This document shows positions 50,684 to 60,655 of a stretch of 64,000 nucleotides of DNA, in pieces; the stretch's first letter is position 1; each line of letters opens with the position of its first letter. Made by a program: the position numbers and the translations under genes. Source of the stretch: a bacterium (lineage in GTDB: Bacteria; Fidelibacterota; Fidelibacteria; Fidelibacterales; Fidelibacteraceae); the NCBI GenBank assembly GCA_963676395.1, contig OY781066.1, forward strand, positions 544,001 to 608,000. Reading direction: 5' to 3'. Under the pieces are notes generated by a model. The model saw only the letters and a list, made by a program, of their open reading frames with translations. It did not search any database and had not been told where the DNA came from.

Positions 50684-52234
50684 AGTCACAGCAAATGTAA
50701 ATATACTGTTATTATAGATCTTTGTGCTGCCACTTTCATTTTTTGCACTAATCTCATACTTAACACTATTAACCGAATCTATGGTTAATATCTCCGGATA
50801 GGCACTTATGTCACTCAATTCGATCACATGGATCATCAAAGTATCAATATCATTTTTATAAGATGCGGTGATTCTACAATCTCCACTCAAATTATTCGAT
50901 GTGAATATATTTTCTAAAAAGGACCCCATTAATCCATCATAAGCAACATCAATTAAATCCCAGTCACTTATATTTTTAGGATTATAATATTCATCCCATG
51001 CAGTTATCCCCACATTTACCGAAGTATTCTTATAGATCGCTATACTATCTTTGGCAATTTGAATATGCTCCATATCGCCGGTTTGAGAAGATGAGTAACA
51101 TAATACAGCATTCGCTACTGCCCGTTCTGCCCCATCTGAGGGGGAATTCTTAACGGAATGACGAACTACCATGGTCGATGATCCACCACCATCAAGATTA
51201 ACAGCATTCTTGATACCGATTGCCGACATAAAATCAACCAATTCATTCATCCCCATTCCAATACTAAATCCTGCCTGGCGCCCATCGACTACAACAAAAT
51301 ATATAACAGTTGAATCTTCATTAAACCCGATAACTGTCCTAGGATTTCGACCACTTAAATATGCCGACCAAACCCCTTCTTCAATTCCAGAGGCTTCAGC
51401 AACATTTATACCGTTTTCCATCATTTGGCAGGCACCACCCATATATTGAGTTATTTTCTCCACATCAGTGGAAAATCTTTGTACAATCCTGACTGTATCT
51501 CCGACCTGACAATATGATCGTAAAAATCCTGCACCTGTACCAGATCCTGATAAAACACATTTCCCCTCAGGAATCGAACGATTATTAGAAATAGAATCAA
51601 GAACCTCAACAACACATAGAACAGTATCATTTACATACCAATCCGTAACGGCAGACAGCAAGCATTCCGTTCCACCGGCGGATGTCCCCGTTGATGATCC
51701 AATATAATTGTTATATAGGCAAATCTCATCTTGTTCACATGCAAGGTTGATATTTGTTATAGCATAACTCTCTGCTCTATTTTCGGAAATGACAGATGCT
51801 GAAAACCAAGGGCGTAAAATCAGTCCCTTTTTCTCCTGAGCATAAGCAAATCCTTTTCTATGATTGAAAGGAGTATGGGTAAATTCACCATTGATCAAAC
51901 AAGGACTTAATGTCACACCATTTGATGTATCGTAAAAATCACCATTCACGGCACACACAGCTTGATGCCCACCTGAAGATGTTCTTTTTGAAACGGCACT
52001 TGTTGTTTCCTTCCCACTCATTTTATCAAAAGAAGTAGCGCATTCAACAGATAAATAAGAATTATTTAAATCCATTATTGATACATGTATTTGCATAGGC
52101 AAAGATTGATTTACATATTTTTTATATTCACAGCCCGGTCCAAATTTGTAGTTTTCTTGAACTTTATATCCACTCTGAGCAAACAAGATGGAATAGAATA
52201 ACATTACCATTAACACAAAAAGTTTATTTTTCAT
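49769..52234 (-). CDS. Secreted phosphodiester glycosidase (NAGPA family) paralog with T9SS type-A CTD
   Basis: AVNGDFY, RNPRTVIG, VVDGRQ, VNLDGGGSS and ERAVANAV motifs; same C-terminus as the neighbour. Confidence 0.9.
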   Translation of the reverse strand: MKNKLFVLMVMLFYSILFAQSGYKVQENYKFGPGCEYKKYVNQSLPMQIHVSIMDLNNSYLSVECATSFDKMSGKETTSAVSKRTSSGGHQAVCAVNGDFYDTSNGVTLSPCLINGEFTHTPFNHRKGFAYAQEKKGLILRPWFSASVISENRAESYAITNINLACEQDEICLYNNYIGSSTGTSAGGTECLLSAVTDWYVNDTVLCVVEVLDSISNNRSIPEGKCVLSGSGTGAGFLRSYCQVGDTVRIVQRFSTDVEKITQYMGGACQMMENGINVAEASGIEEGVWSAYLSGRNPRTVIGFNEDSTVIYFVVVDGRQAGFSIGMGMNELVDFMSAIGIKNAVNLDGGGSSTMVVRHSVKNSPSDGAERAVANAVLCYSSSQTGDMEHIQIAKDSIAIYKNTSVNVGITAWDEYYNPKNISDWDLIDVAYDGLMGSFLENIFTSNNLSGDCRITASYKNDIDTLMIHVIELSDISAYPEILTIDSVNSVKYEISAKNESGSTKIYNNSIFTFAVTDPTIAEIDSEGVIIGKQGGETDVVIAYGDETDTVRVRVQIGEGEIVVDEIESISAWNMRTDAYIDEANTSISLCDRSTGTGTKAIQVDYTRTGDEDGNIYLETNAIDLYGVPSDILIDVESDSNKNWIYALMEDNRGVEYSVKCASSLKYKNEYRTQYLDFSKMLPADGEQLYPLKFKGLRLRIDDKATSGSMYIDRVRVIYPTWTAIEDHDANVIPENFKLLQNYPNPFNPSTCIDFQLSSDAHVELSIYSLNGKKVATLLNGVRAAGNYSVHFDASDLAGGVYFYRLQAGNWVDTKKMLLIK

Positions 52235-52355
52235 CTAGATTCTCCCTGTTTTTAAAAAAGTCTGTAAATATACATCCATTATATATAATTAACATAACAC
52301 TTTATATTTTATATAATATTGATATGTATTTTACATCAAGTTTCTTAATAACAAT

Positions 52356-52383
52356 AAAAAAGCCTCTACCATAGTAGAGGCTT
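52356..52383 (-). terminator. Intrinsic terminator of the V/A-ATPase operon
   Basis: Minus strand AAGCCTCTAC-TATG-GTAGAGGCTTTTTT. Confidence 0.88.
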
Positions 52384-52418
52384 AATTATCTGTAATAACG
52401 ATTTACGACTTAGATGTC

Positions 52419-52847
52419 TTATCCAACCATAAGCAGTAAGAAAACCATTACGAAAAGAGCAACAGTTTCAACAATACCGATAACCATAAAATAATTAGCA
52501 GTACCTTTACCGGTTTCAGCTAAAGCATCAGCGGCGCGGGCTGCGGCTTTTCCCTGCATCAAAGCAGAAAGACCCATTGCCAAACCACCGAATACTCCGG
52601 CGCCCAATAGACCTAATCCATTAGTTGAAGAAGAACCCAAGATAAAGTTCATCAGCAAGAAACCATAGATTGTCTGTGTTAGAGCAACACCGGCAAACGC
52701 AACCAACAAGAAAGGTGCGGGTTTATCGTTAAGAAAGCATTTTTTCCAACCACCGATAGCAGCCTGTGATGCCATACCTGTACCGAGAGCTGAACCCAAA
52801 GCAGCTAAACCAAGTGCTGCTGCAGCACCAAACATTTGAAGTTCCAT
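52419..52847 (-). CDS. atpK: V/A-type ATPase subunit K (c; NtpK-like, 4 TM)
   Basis: Gly/Ala-rich duplicated hairpin; LTQTIY, MQG and IVETVA motifs. Confidence 0.93.
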   Translation of the reverse strand: MELQMFGAAAALGLAALGSALGTGMASQAAIGGWKKCFLNDKPAPFLLVAFAGVALTQTIYGFLLMNFILGSSSTNGLGLLGAGVFGGLAMGLSALMQGKAAARAADALAETGKGTANYFMVIGIVETVALFVMVFLLLMVG

Positions 52848-52879
52848 TATAAAGTCTCCTTTAAGTCTAAATTAATTTT

Positions 52880-54673
52880 TTATTTTTTATCTTTGAACGG
52901 CTCATACTTATAGCCCGTCCATTCCAATCCTAATTGCCCGCTGAACTCAAGGAGATTCAAACGGATACCGTGAACCATCACGGAAAGCAAACCCATTACA
53001 AGATTCAAACCGTGACCGATCAATAGAACGATTATACCACCGACAATGGCGGGACCGTGCATTAGTCCGGATGCCATGCTATTGAATGAATCTGCAATCG
53101 CAACCGAAGCCATACCCACCGCAAACAAACGAATATATGAAATAATGTTTGAAAATGATGAGATCGAGTCAAGGAAAGTATTAAATGCTCCCCCTAATCC
53201 ACCGGCTACACCTTTTAAGAAACTTTTACCGGGTTCTTGTGCACTAAAAAGCACAACAAAGAGGAAACCGGATGCCATCAATGGCACAACTGCACCCATA
53301 AAAGCATCAAAAAAAGCAGGTTTATTATCACCGAGAACCAACTGCAAAACCAAAAGAAATGCACCCAGTGTCAAGTTCAGCCAACCAATATGTTCAAAAG
53401 CTTTTAATTTCGGCAGACTATCTATGAAATTCATAATACTAGCCAAGCCTAATTGAAATACGGCTAAGATAAAACAAATCAACTGTACATTATTTTGATC
53501 TCTTAGTGCATCAACAACCAAAGCATTCAAAAATGACCCTTCGGAAATTGATCCAAACCATGTTCCGGTAATAGCGCCCCAACCAATGGTCGTTAAACTC
53601 AAGACATACAATAAAATAATGATGTCTGGTAGTTTCTTACCACCTTTGGTGGTTTTAAATGTTGCAAAGATTGAAACAAGCAGGAAGATCATTCCATAAC
53701 CTGCATCACCAATGATCATAGCAACAAACACAGCAAAAAACAGAAGAAAATACATCGAAATATCTTTTTCACGATATCCGGGGGTTGTACCTAGGAAATC
53801 AAAGACAGGTTCAATGATCTTGATCCATTTTTTATTTTGTAATTTTGTGGGAGGATTATCACCTTCAGCAGGTGCCTCTTCAACGTATCCCCAGCCATTC
53901 TTAGCTGCAGCGATTTCAATAGCCTTTGCTTCTTCTACAGGAGCATACCCCTGTAGCCAGGCAATGCTTTCATCCATACCAAGGCCATTCTGTATATCGG
54001 CAAATTTCAATTCACCTTCCAGAGTCTCAATGTATGCATTTATCAGGTCGATACTGTCACGACTCGATTCAATGACCTTTTCTACCTTAGCCAGCTCCTT
54101 CTCTGTTTTATCGATAGTAGCAAGAACATCGTCGTATGCCATTTCGGGAACCGAAACGGGACGATAATCCAATACCTCTTCAGAATCTTGAGAGAGCATA
54201 GCAATCTTAACACTTTCTTTTGTTTCTGAAAGTGCAAAGAGGTTTTCTTTTTCCTGTTCAAGCTTCCACGCCGTAGGCGAAAGTTGATACAGCTTAATGT
54301 AAAATCCCTTTTCTTCAAGTGAAGCCAAGTCTTTAAGTGATACTTTTGACCACTCATCATACCAAGCTTCTGCATCCTTCAAAACGTCAAGTTCACGTCT
54401 GAGATTTAATCGAGTTTGTGTAGCTTCGAGCAGATCATCAACGATCTTAGCAGCTTTGCCTTTACTCTTCTGCTTTACCTCTTCGACCTCACCGAGTACA
54501 AGTAATATGCGACGTGTATTTTCAATACGCGCCTCAAGTTCGGACATATCGCCTGAAGGAGGATTTGGAAGGGGTTTTACATGCAAAAGGCCCAGCTTAC
54601 GAAGAGACTTCAACGCAGACTTGGAGGAAGCTTCATCCACAAGCAGGGTTATTTTTGACATTTTTACAATCAT
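52880..54673 (-). CDS. atpI: V/A-type ATPase subunit I (a; NtpI-like)
   Basis: MIVKMSK; PPTKL; PGYRE; GDAGYG; SYIRLFAVG; HGIRLNLLEF. Confidence 0.95.
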   Translation of the reverse strand: MIVKMSKITLLVDEASSKSALKSLRKLGLLHVKPLPNPPSGDMSELEARIENTRRILLVLGEVEEVKQKSKGKAAKIVDDLLEATQTRLNLRRELDVLKDAEAWYDEWSKVSLKDLASLEEKGFYIKLYQLSPTAWKLEQEKENLFALSETKESVKIAMLSQDSEEVLDYRPVSVPEMAYDDVLATIDKTEKELAKVEKVIESSRDSIDLINAYIETLEGELKFADIQNGLGMDESIAWLQGYAPVEEAKAIEIAAAKNGWGYVEEAPAEGDNPPTKLQNKKWIKIIEPVFDFLGTTPGYREKDISMYFLLFFAVFVAMIIGDAGYGMIFLLVSIFATFKTTKGGKKLPDIIILLYVLSLTTIGWGAITGTWFGSISEGSFLNALVVDALRDQNNVQLICFILAVFQLGLASIMNFIDSLPKLKAFEHIGWLNLTLGAFLLVLQLVLGDNKPAFFDAFMGAVVPLMASGFLFVVLFSAQEPGKSFLKGVAGGLGGAFNTFLDSISSFSNIISYIRLFAVGMASVAIADSFNSMASGLMHGPAIVGGIIVLLIGHGLNLVMGLLSVMVHGIRLNLLEFSGQLGLEWTGYKYEPFKDKK

Positions 54674-54690
54674 GTATAGCCTCTTCGCGC

Positions 54691-55302
54691 TTAAGCGCTT
54701 TCTTCCATTTTTTTCTTTTCTATCTTGTTCTTAGATATCTTACCGCGAACAACCGCTGCGGTATCCTGATCGCCCATAAAGATCTGGATCTTTTTGATCG
54801 CTTCTTTTGTGCGGGGAATCATAACCTTATCGAACAAGTTGATGCGTTGTACCGTAGTACGTAATTCTTCATGGATCAAAGCTTCCTGTTTTGAGAGAAC
54901 TTCCATTTCTTTTTCATTTGCAACGGTTTCTTTTACCGCTTCAAGACCGGAGTCCACCCACAAAGGATAAGCCATCAAATCATAACTCTTTTCTTCGAAT
55001 TCAAGTCCTTTGAAAAGAGGAATGTTAATACCTGCAATATTACCTGTATCAGTGATAACTTCTTTGAGTTCCAAAAGGGATACAACATCCACGTCTTCGG
55101 CAAACACGCCGATCCATGATGCCAACTTAGCTTTCACAGCATCTAATGCATCGCGTTTTGCTTGAATCTCATCGTGAATACGACGGATCTCAGCAAGCAG
55201 CTGCTGCTTCTTCAGCTCAAGAGTCGGCAGATAACGCGTATATCGTTTTAACGCATCCTTCTGTTTTTTTAACTCATTTTTTGTCAGTTTAATCGTTGCC
55301 AT
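54691..55302 (-). CDS. atpD: V/A-type ATPase subunit D
   Basis: TKNELKKQK...LPTLELKK; TVQRINLFDKVMIP. Confidence 0.94.
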   Translation of the reverse strand: MATIKLTKNELKKQKDALKRYTRYLPTLELKKQQLLAEIRRIHDEIQAKRDALDAVKAKLASWIGVFAEDVDVVSLLELKEVITDTGNIAGINIPLFKGLEFEEKSYDLMAYPLWVDSGLEAVKETVANEKEMEVLSKQEALIHEELRTTVQRINLFDKVMIPRTKEAIKKIQIFMGDQDTAAVVRGKISKNKIEKKKMEESA

Positions 55303-55340
55303 ATATTCCTCTCACAGTCATAGACTGCGTGAATTGAAAA

Positions 55341-56636
55341 CTATGATTGTGGCCAATACTTATCGGTTAAGCTTGTACGGAAACCGACTTCTTCTTTTTC
55401 AAAGCATTCAGCTAGAATATTCCAACCGGCATCCAAAGCATCTTCCAATGCAACATTAACCGATAGATCCATCATCTGTTTTTCAAACAAGCCACCGTAT
55501 TTCAACAGTTTCTGATCCCAATCACTCATCCGGAAACCCATTGAGCGTTTTTCTTCGGTTTCGAGATACTGAGAATACAACTGGATCATTCCATCCATAA
55601 TATCACGGTGATCATCTCGAGTATCTTTGTTCACCTGTTGTTTCAAACGTGATAGAGAACCAAAAGGCTCAATACGTCCGTTACGCAGGTAGAACTGACC
55701 CTCTGTAATGTAACCGGTATTATCGGGGACAGGGTGAGTCACATCATCACCAGGCATGGTTGTAGCGGCCAAAACTGTTACAGAACCGGCACCTTCAAAG
55801 TCCACAGCCTTTTCATAACGTGATGCCAACTGAGAATATAGATCTCCCGGATAGCCACGGTTCGAAGGAACCTGCTCCATGGTAATAGCAATCTCTTTCA
55901 TTGAATCGGCAAAGTTTGTCATATCTGTCAATAAAACCAAAACATCTTTACCTTTAAGGGCAAACTGTTCGGCAACGGCAAGACAAAGATCTGGAACCAT
56001 CATACCTTCCACAACAGGATCAGATGCTGTGTGCATGAAAAAGATAGAACGACTCAAAGCACCACCTTTTTCTAATTCGCTACGAAAGTACATGTATTCA
56101 TCAAATTTCAGACCGATACCACCCAGGATAATCATATCAACTTCTGCCTGCAAAGCAATACGTGCAAGCAACTCGTTATAAGGTTCACCCGATACTGAGA
56201 AGATCGGCAATTTTTGTGATACCACCAATGAGTTAAAAAGATCGATCATAGGAATGTTCGTTCTAATCATACGGGTGGGAATAATACGTTTAGCAGGGTT
56301 AACGGAGGGGCCCCCGATCTCGATAAGGTTTTCGTTCAAGGCGGGACCATTATCTTTCGGCTGACCTGAACCGTCGAAAATACGACCAAGCATATCATCG
56401 GAGAAAGACACTTTCATGGGAGAACCCAAGAAGCGAACTTCATCATTCGTGGAAATACCACGAGAACCGGCAAACACCTGAAGTGAGATCAAATCTCTAT
56501 CGATCTTAATAACCTTTGCAAGTGAAGTGCCACGGCGAGTTTTAACTTCCGCAAGCTCTTCGTTGCTAACACCTTCGGCACGAACTGAAATCACGTTGCC
56601 GACAATGCTCAAGATCTTATTATATACTTTTTTCAT
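55341..56636 (-). CDS. atpB: V/A-type ATPase subunit B
   Basis: [24 protein letters not shown] and [15 protein letters not shown] motifs. Confidence 0.97.
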   Translation of the reverse strand: MKKVYNKILSIVGNVISVRAEGVSNEELAEVKTRRGTSLAKVIKIDRDLISLQVFAGSRGISTNDEVRFLGSPMKVSFSDDMLGRIFDGSGQPKDNGPALNENLIEIGGPSVNPAKRIIPTRMIRTNIPMIDLFNSLVVSQKLPIFSVSGEPYNELLARIALQAEVDMIILGGIGLKFDEYMYFRSELEKGGALSRSIFFMHTASDPVVEGMMVPDLCLAVAEQFALKGKDVLVLLTDMTNFADSMKEIAITMEQVPSNRGYPGDLYSQLASRYEKAVDFEGAGSVTVLAATTMPGDDVTHPVPDNTGYITEGQFYLRNGRIEPFGSLSRLKQQVNKDTRDDHRDIMDGMIQLYSQYLETEEKRSMGFRMSDWDQKLLKYGGLFEKQMMDLSVNVALEDALDAGWNILAECFEKEEVGFRTSLTDKYWPQS

Positions 56637-56651
56637 TTATTTTCAGCTCCT

Positions 56652-58385
56652 TTAGTCTGAGACCTTAGATTTGACATGAGCATCAAGTTTCTTTTCTTGA
56701 GCTTTATATTCTTCAGAATTGAATTCGGTATAGTTCCAATCCAAAGTCAGCTGACGTAATTCGTTAAAGTACTGACGAGCCTGTGTCTTTGTTTCGAATT
56801 CGAAATCAGCAAAAAGAATATTGTAAACTTTATCAAAAATATATTCCTGACGTTCAGGTAAACACGCACCATCAACAGGATCAAAACTATTTTGTTGCAT
56901 ATAAACGGCATCAAGATATTCGCTTTTAAGATAGTAGATGAAATCGTTTACAGATGTACCTTCTTCACCCACAACCATCATCATCTGGCGAACTTCGTCC
57001 CCACGTCTCAAAATACCATGCGCATTTTTTACTTTTTCAATAGGAATAATACCCTGGTACTTGGTCCAAGAATCCATAGGATCAATGGCCGGATATTTAC
57101 GGGCATCGGATCTGGCTCTTGAAAGCCCGTGGAATGCACCAACCACTTTCAAAGTCGCCTGAGTCACCGGTTCTTCAAAGTTACCACCTGCCGGAGAAAC
57201 GGTACCTCCAATAGTCATTGAACCGTGAGAACCATCTTGCAATTCAACGTAGCCTGCACGTTCATAGAACTCAGCAATACGAGATTCAAGATAAGCGGGG
57301 AACGCTTCTTCTCCGGGGATCTCTTCCAAACGACCTGATAGCTCACGCATAGCCTGTGCCCAACGTGATGTTGAGTCTGCCAATACAAGAACATCTAAAC
57401 CCATCTGACGATAGTATTCTCCAAGCGTTGTAGCGGTGTATACCGAAGCTTCACGAGCAGCTACCGGCATTGAAGAAGTATTACAAATAATAATTGTTCT
57501 TTCCATCAATGAACGACCAGTCTTTGGATCAACCAATTCAGGGAATTCACGAAGTGTTTCCACCACCTCACCCGCACGTTCACCACAAGCAGCGATAATC
57601 ACGATATCAACGGATGCGTTACGGGAAGTTACCTGCTGAAGCACTGTTTTACCTGCGCCGAAAGGACCGGGAATACAGTATGTTCCACCTTTAGCTACAG
57701 GAAAGTAAGTATCAACGATACGAACTTGGGTAACCATGGGTTCTTGAGGAACCTTCTTTTCGGCGTAGGCGGTAATAGGAATTTTTACCGGCCATTCAAA
57801 GGTCATAGATACTTTAATTTCTTCACCTTTGGTATCGGCAATAACGGCAACTGTATCCGAAATCTTATAATCGCCTTCAGCAACAACAGACTTAACTGTA
57901 TATTCACCTTCTTTGTCAAAAGGAACCATGATCTTATGCTGGAACATACCTTCGGGAACCCAACCAAGCGGCGACCCTTTGTACACAACATCACCTTCTT
58001 TGGCAAGAGGTGTAAAATGCCATTTTTTTTCAAAATCAATGGGATCTAGAACCACACCGCGAGGCAAAAAGAAACCATGCTCTTCGGCTAATGCGGGAAG
58101 AGGGTTCTGCAAACCGTCATAAACCTGAGACAAAATACCGGGGCCCAGCTTAACTGAGAGCAATTCACCGGTAAACTCAACTTCGTCTCCGACTTTCAAA
58201 CCTTTGGTAACCTCATATACCTGCAAGAATGCAGAATTATTAGTGATCTTAATTACCTCAGATTTTAACTTTTCATTACCAATCAGCACATATCCAACCT
58301 CATTTTGGATAACGCTATCCTCAAATGCAACCTCGATCATATTTCCGTTGACCGAAATGATATGTCCTATATTTTTATTGGCCAT
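56652..58385 (-). CDS. atpA: V/A-type ATPase subunit A
   Basis: GPFGAGKT Walker A; CGERAGE; NTSSMPVAAREAS; ADSTSRWAQAMRE. Confidence 0.97.
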   Translation of the reverse strand: MANKNIGHIISVNGNMIEVAFEDSVIQNEVGYVLIGNEKLKSEVIKITNNSAFLQVYEVTKGLKVGDEVEFTGELLSVKLGPGILSQVYDGLQNPLPALAEEHGFFLPRGVVLDPIDFEKKWHFTPLAKEGDVVYKGSPLGWVPEGMFQHKIMVPFDKEGEYTVKSVVAEGDYKISDTVAVIADTKGEEIKVSMTFEWPVKIPITAYAEKKVPQEPMVTQVRIVDTYFPVAKGGTYCIPGPFGAGKTVLQQVTSRNASVDIVIIAACGERAGEVVETLREFPELVDPKTGRSLMERTIIICNTSSMPVAAREASVYTATTLGEYYRQMGLDVLVLADSTSRWAQAMRELSGRLEEIPGEEAFPAYLESRIAEFYERAGYVELQDGSHGSMTIGGTVSPAGGNFEEPVTQATLKVVGAFHGLSRARSDARKYPAIDPMDSWTKYQGIIPIEKVKNAHGILRRGDEVRQMMMVVGEEGTSVNDFIYYLKSEYLDAVYMQQNSFDPVDGACLPERQEYIFDKVYNILFADFEFETKTQARQYFNELRQLTLDWNYTEFNSEEYKAQEKKLDAHVKSKVSD

Positions 58386-58410
58386 TTGAACTCCATTTCA
58401 GGAAGCCGTC

Positions 58411-58926
58411 CTAAGACGCTTCCACTATATTTTCAATGTTAACTTTGATTAATTCTTCAAAAGCTTTCTCACCCGATTCCTGCTTGAATGAATTTACTCG
58501 TCTCAAGAGTTGTAATTTCAAATAATAAAGTACAAAAAAATCAAGATCGGAATAATGTGCAAATTCACGTTCATCCAACCAATCCCAACGATACTTGATG
58601 AGTTTCATTTCAATTTCAAGGGGATTGCCGTCTTTTACCAAAGAAGCCGGTAAGGTTGCAAATTTATATTCATAACCTTCTTTTGCTGCTTTGCGATATT
58701 CGGCCAGTTCGGTTCTTAGCGTATTTTCAAAGACTAGATAATCACTATATACACCCTTTATGCTCTTGGGTTCATAGCTATCAGCTAATATTTCTTTCAT
58801 ATGAAGAAAATCTGCTTCCGACATCTGAGCTTCAGCTGCTTCGAGAAAAACTTCCTCAGTCATTAGCTGCTCTTCTCCCCACTGTAAGGTAGGCATCGTA
58901 GCGGCTAGATAGATGTATTTATCCAT
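58411..58926 (-). CDS. DUF2764 family protein (putative V/A-ATPase C-like subunit)
   Basis: YIYLAATMPTL...FENTLRTELA...YYLKLQLLRR; located between subunits E and A. Confidence 0.8.
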   Translation of the reverse strand: MDKYIYLAATMPTLQWGEEQLMTEEVFLEAAEAQMSEADFLHMKEILADSYEPKSIKGVYSDYLVFENTLRTELAEYRKAAKEGYEYKFATLPASLVKDGNPLEIEMKLIKYRWDWLDEREFAHYSDLDFFVLYYLKLQLLRRVNSFKQESGEKAFEELIKVNIENIVEAS

Positions 58927-58939
58927 TAGATAATCTCGT

Positions 58940-59530
58940 TTACTTTAATATCTCAGCCAATTTAGGATTTAGGAACACCCTAAGTGCTTCTAAAAGACTT
59001 TCATCACTGAAATCATAGAAAAGGTTATCACCTTTTTTACCAATTCGAAATCCATGAGAGATCTTCTTGTCTAACTTAATCTCAACATCATTTTCTACAG
59101 TCTTGCTGAGAGATTTTTTCAATTGAGCCGTCAATGTATCAATATCAACGCCGCTTGCAAGAATTTCCAAATCACCGTCTTTAGCCATAGTTTCAGCAAC
59201 TTTCGCGATCAGCTCTTTCATAAAATCTTGATCAAGTGTCGCATCAACTTCATTCAAAAGAGCCTGTTCAAGAATAGCGGTCACTTTTTCCTTTAAGACA
59301 AGAATAGTGTCACGCGCAGCTTGTTGAATGGCAACTTCAGCATTCTTCTGATAGGCTTCGGCTTCGGCTTCGGCTTTTTTCTGAAAAGCATCTGCTTCGG
59401 CTTTAGCTTTTTTTACGATATCGTCAGCTTTTTTCTTCGCAGTCGCAAGAATTTCTTCCGTCTGCTTATTTGCTGCATCAACACCATCAGCTTTTATTTT
59501 TTCAATCAGGCTGTCAAGTTTGACGTTCAT
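58940..59530 (-). CDS. atpE: V/A-type ATPase subunit E
   Basis: LIEKIKADGV, Ala/Lys coiled coil, QAARD, GFRIG...YDFSDE. Confidence 0.9.
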   Translation of the reverse strand: MNVKLDSLIEKIKADGVDAANKQTEEILATAKKKADDIVKKAKAEADAFQKKAEAEAEAYQKNAEVAIQQAARDTILVLKEKVTAILEQALLNEVDATLDQDFMKELIAKVAETMAKDGDLEILASGVDIDTLTAQLKKSLSKTVENDVEIKLDKKISHGFRIGKKGDNLFYDFSDESLLEALRVFLNPKLAEILK

Positions 59531-59895
59531 TACTTCTCCTCTGATTCAACTATTTTAGTTTTCTTCTCGTTGACTTGCATTTTTCCGGAGATCTGAGCGC
59601 CTTCTTCAACAATAAGTTTTTTAGTGATCAAATCACCTGAAAAATCAGATTTCACACCTAAAACGATCTTTTCTTCGGCACGAATGCCTTTCGTTACTTT
59701 TCCATTAAGATGAACTTCTTTGGCTGTAACGCTGCCGTCAACAAGTCCGCCCTCGGGAATTCGAACAACTCCTTTGGCATTAATATTATTCTTTACGGTT
59801 CCACCGACAATAATGTCACCATTAACGTGAACCTGACCATCAACCACCGTATTGGTTCCGATGATGGTGTAAGTTGGTTTTTCTTTTGATGTCAT
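59530..59895 (-). CDS. Bactofilin (polymer-forming cytoskeletal protein)
   Basis: TIIGTNTVVDG...LNGKVT...GDL...LIVEEGAQISG beta-helix repeats. Confidence 0.88.
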   Translation of the reverse strand: MTSKEKPTYTIIGTNTVVDGQVHVNGDIIVGGTVKNNINAKGVVRIPEGGLVDGSVTAKEVHLNGKVTKGIRAEEKIVLGVKSDFSGDLITKKLIVEEGAQISGKMQVNEKKTKIVESEEK

Positions 59896-59905
59896 TTATA
59901 GTACC

Positions 59906-60655
59906 TCAGTTATTGATCATGTACTCGGGAATGACCTTTTGGGGGTCAAGTGCTATCCCGTGGTGCCAGACTTCGAAATGGAGATGTGGACCCATACTAT
60001 AACCAGTTTCGCCTAGCAAAGCGATGAGCTCGCCTTTTTTTACCCTTTGTCGTTCCCGAACTTTCAAACGGTCATTATGGCCGTAAACGGTAATATAATC
60101 ATCGGGATGTGAAATGACAACCATATTTCCCAATTCAGGAGTCCATCCAGCAAATACCACAAATCCATCGGCAGATGCTACGACCGGATCGCCGGTTTTA
60201 CCACTGATATCTATTCCATAATGCTTACGGGGACCTGATGTATACTTTTTAGTAATAGGGCCGGATACCGGGGCTTGTTCAGGACGTTTTGACAATAATT
60301 TTAACTCATGGGATTCGGAACCTGCATCTAAAAGCGCTGAATAATCTGAAGATTCAGAGTTAAGTTCCAAGCCAATTAATTCTCTCATATATGTATTGAA
60401 TTGCTTCATTTTATTTACATCTTGAAGCAATGCATTTAATACTTTTTCTTGTGATTGGAATGTAGATATTTTGTTTCGGTATTCAGAATATTTTGTAGCG
60501 CGAGGTACCAAAATAAAAAGAGAAACAATGATCGCCAATACCAAACAGACTGCAAAAATTTGAAAAAAAGTAAATAACCTATGATCTATTGAAAATGTTT
60601 TTTGATCTTTTTCTTCTCGTGGAATAAAAATGAATGTAATTTTATCTGACTTCAT
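59906..60655 (-). CDS. Membrane-anchored M23 family peptidase
   Basis: N-terminal TM and coiled coil; HYGID, YGH and GPHLHFEV motifs. Confidence 0.92.
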   Translation of the reverse strand: MKSDKITFIFIPREEKDQKTFSIDHRLFTFFQIFAVCLVLAIIVSLFILVPRATKYSEYRNKISTFQSQEKVLNALLQDVNKMKQFNTYMRELIGLELNSESSDYSALLDAGSESHELKLLSKRPEQAPVSGPITKKYTSGPRKHYGIDISGKTGDPVVASADGFVVFAGWTPELGNMVVISHPDDYITVYGHNDRLKVRERQRVKKGELIALLGETGYSMGPHLHFEVWHHGIALDPQKVIPEYMINN

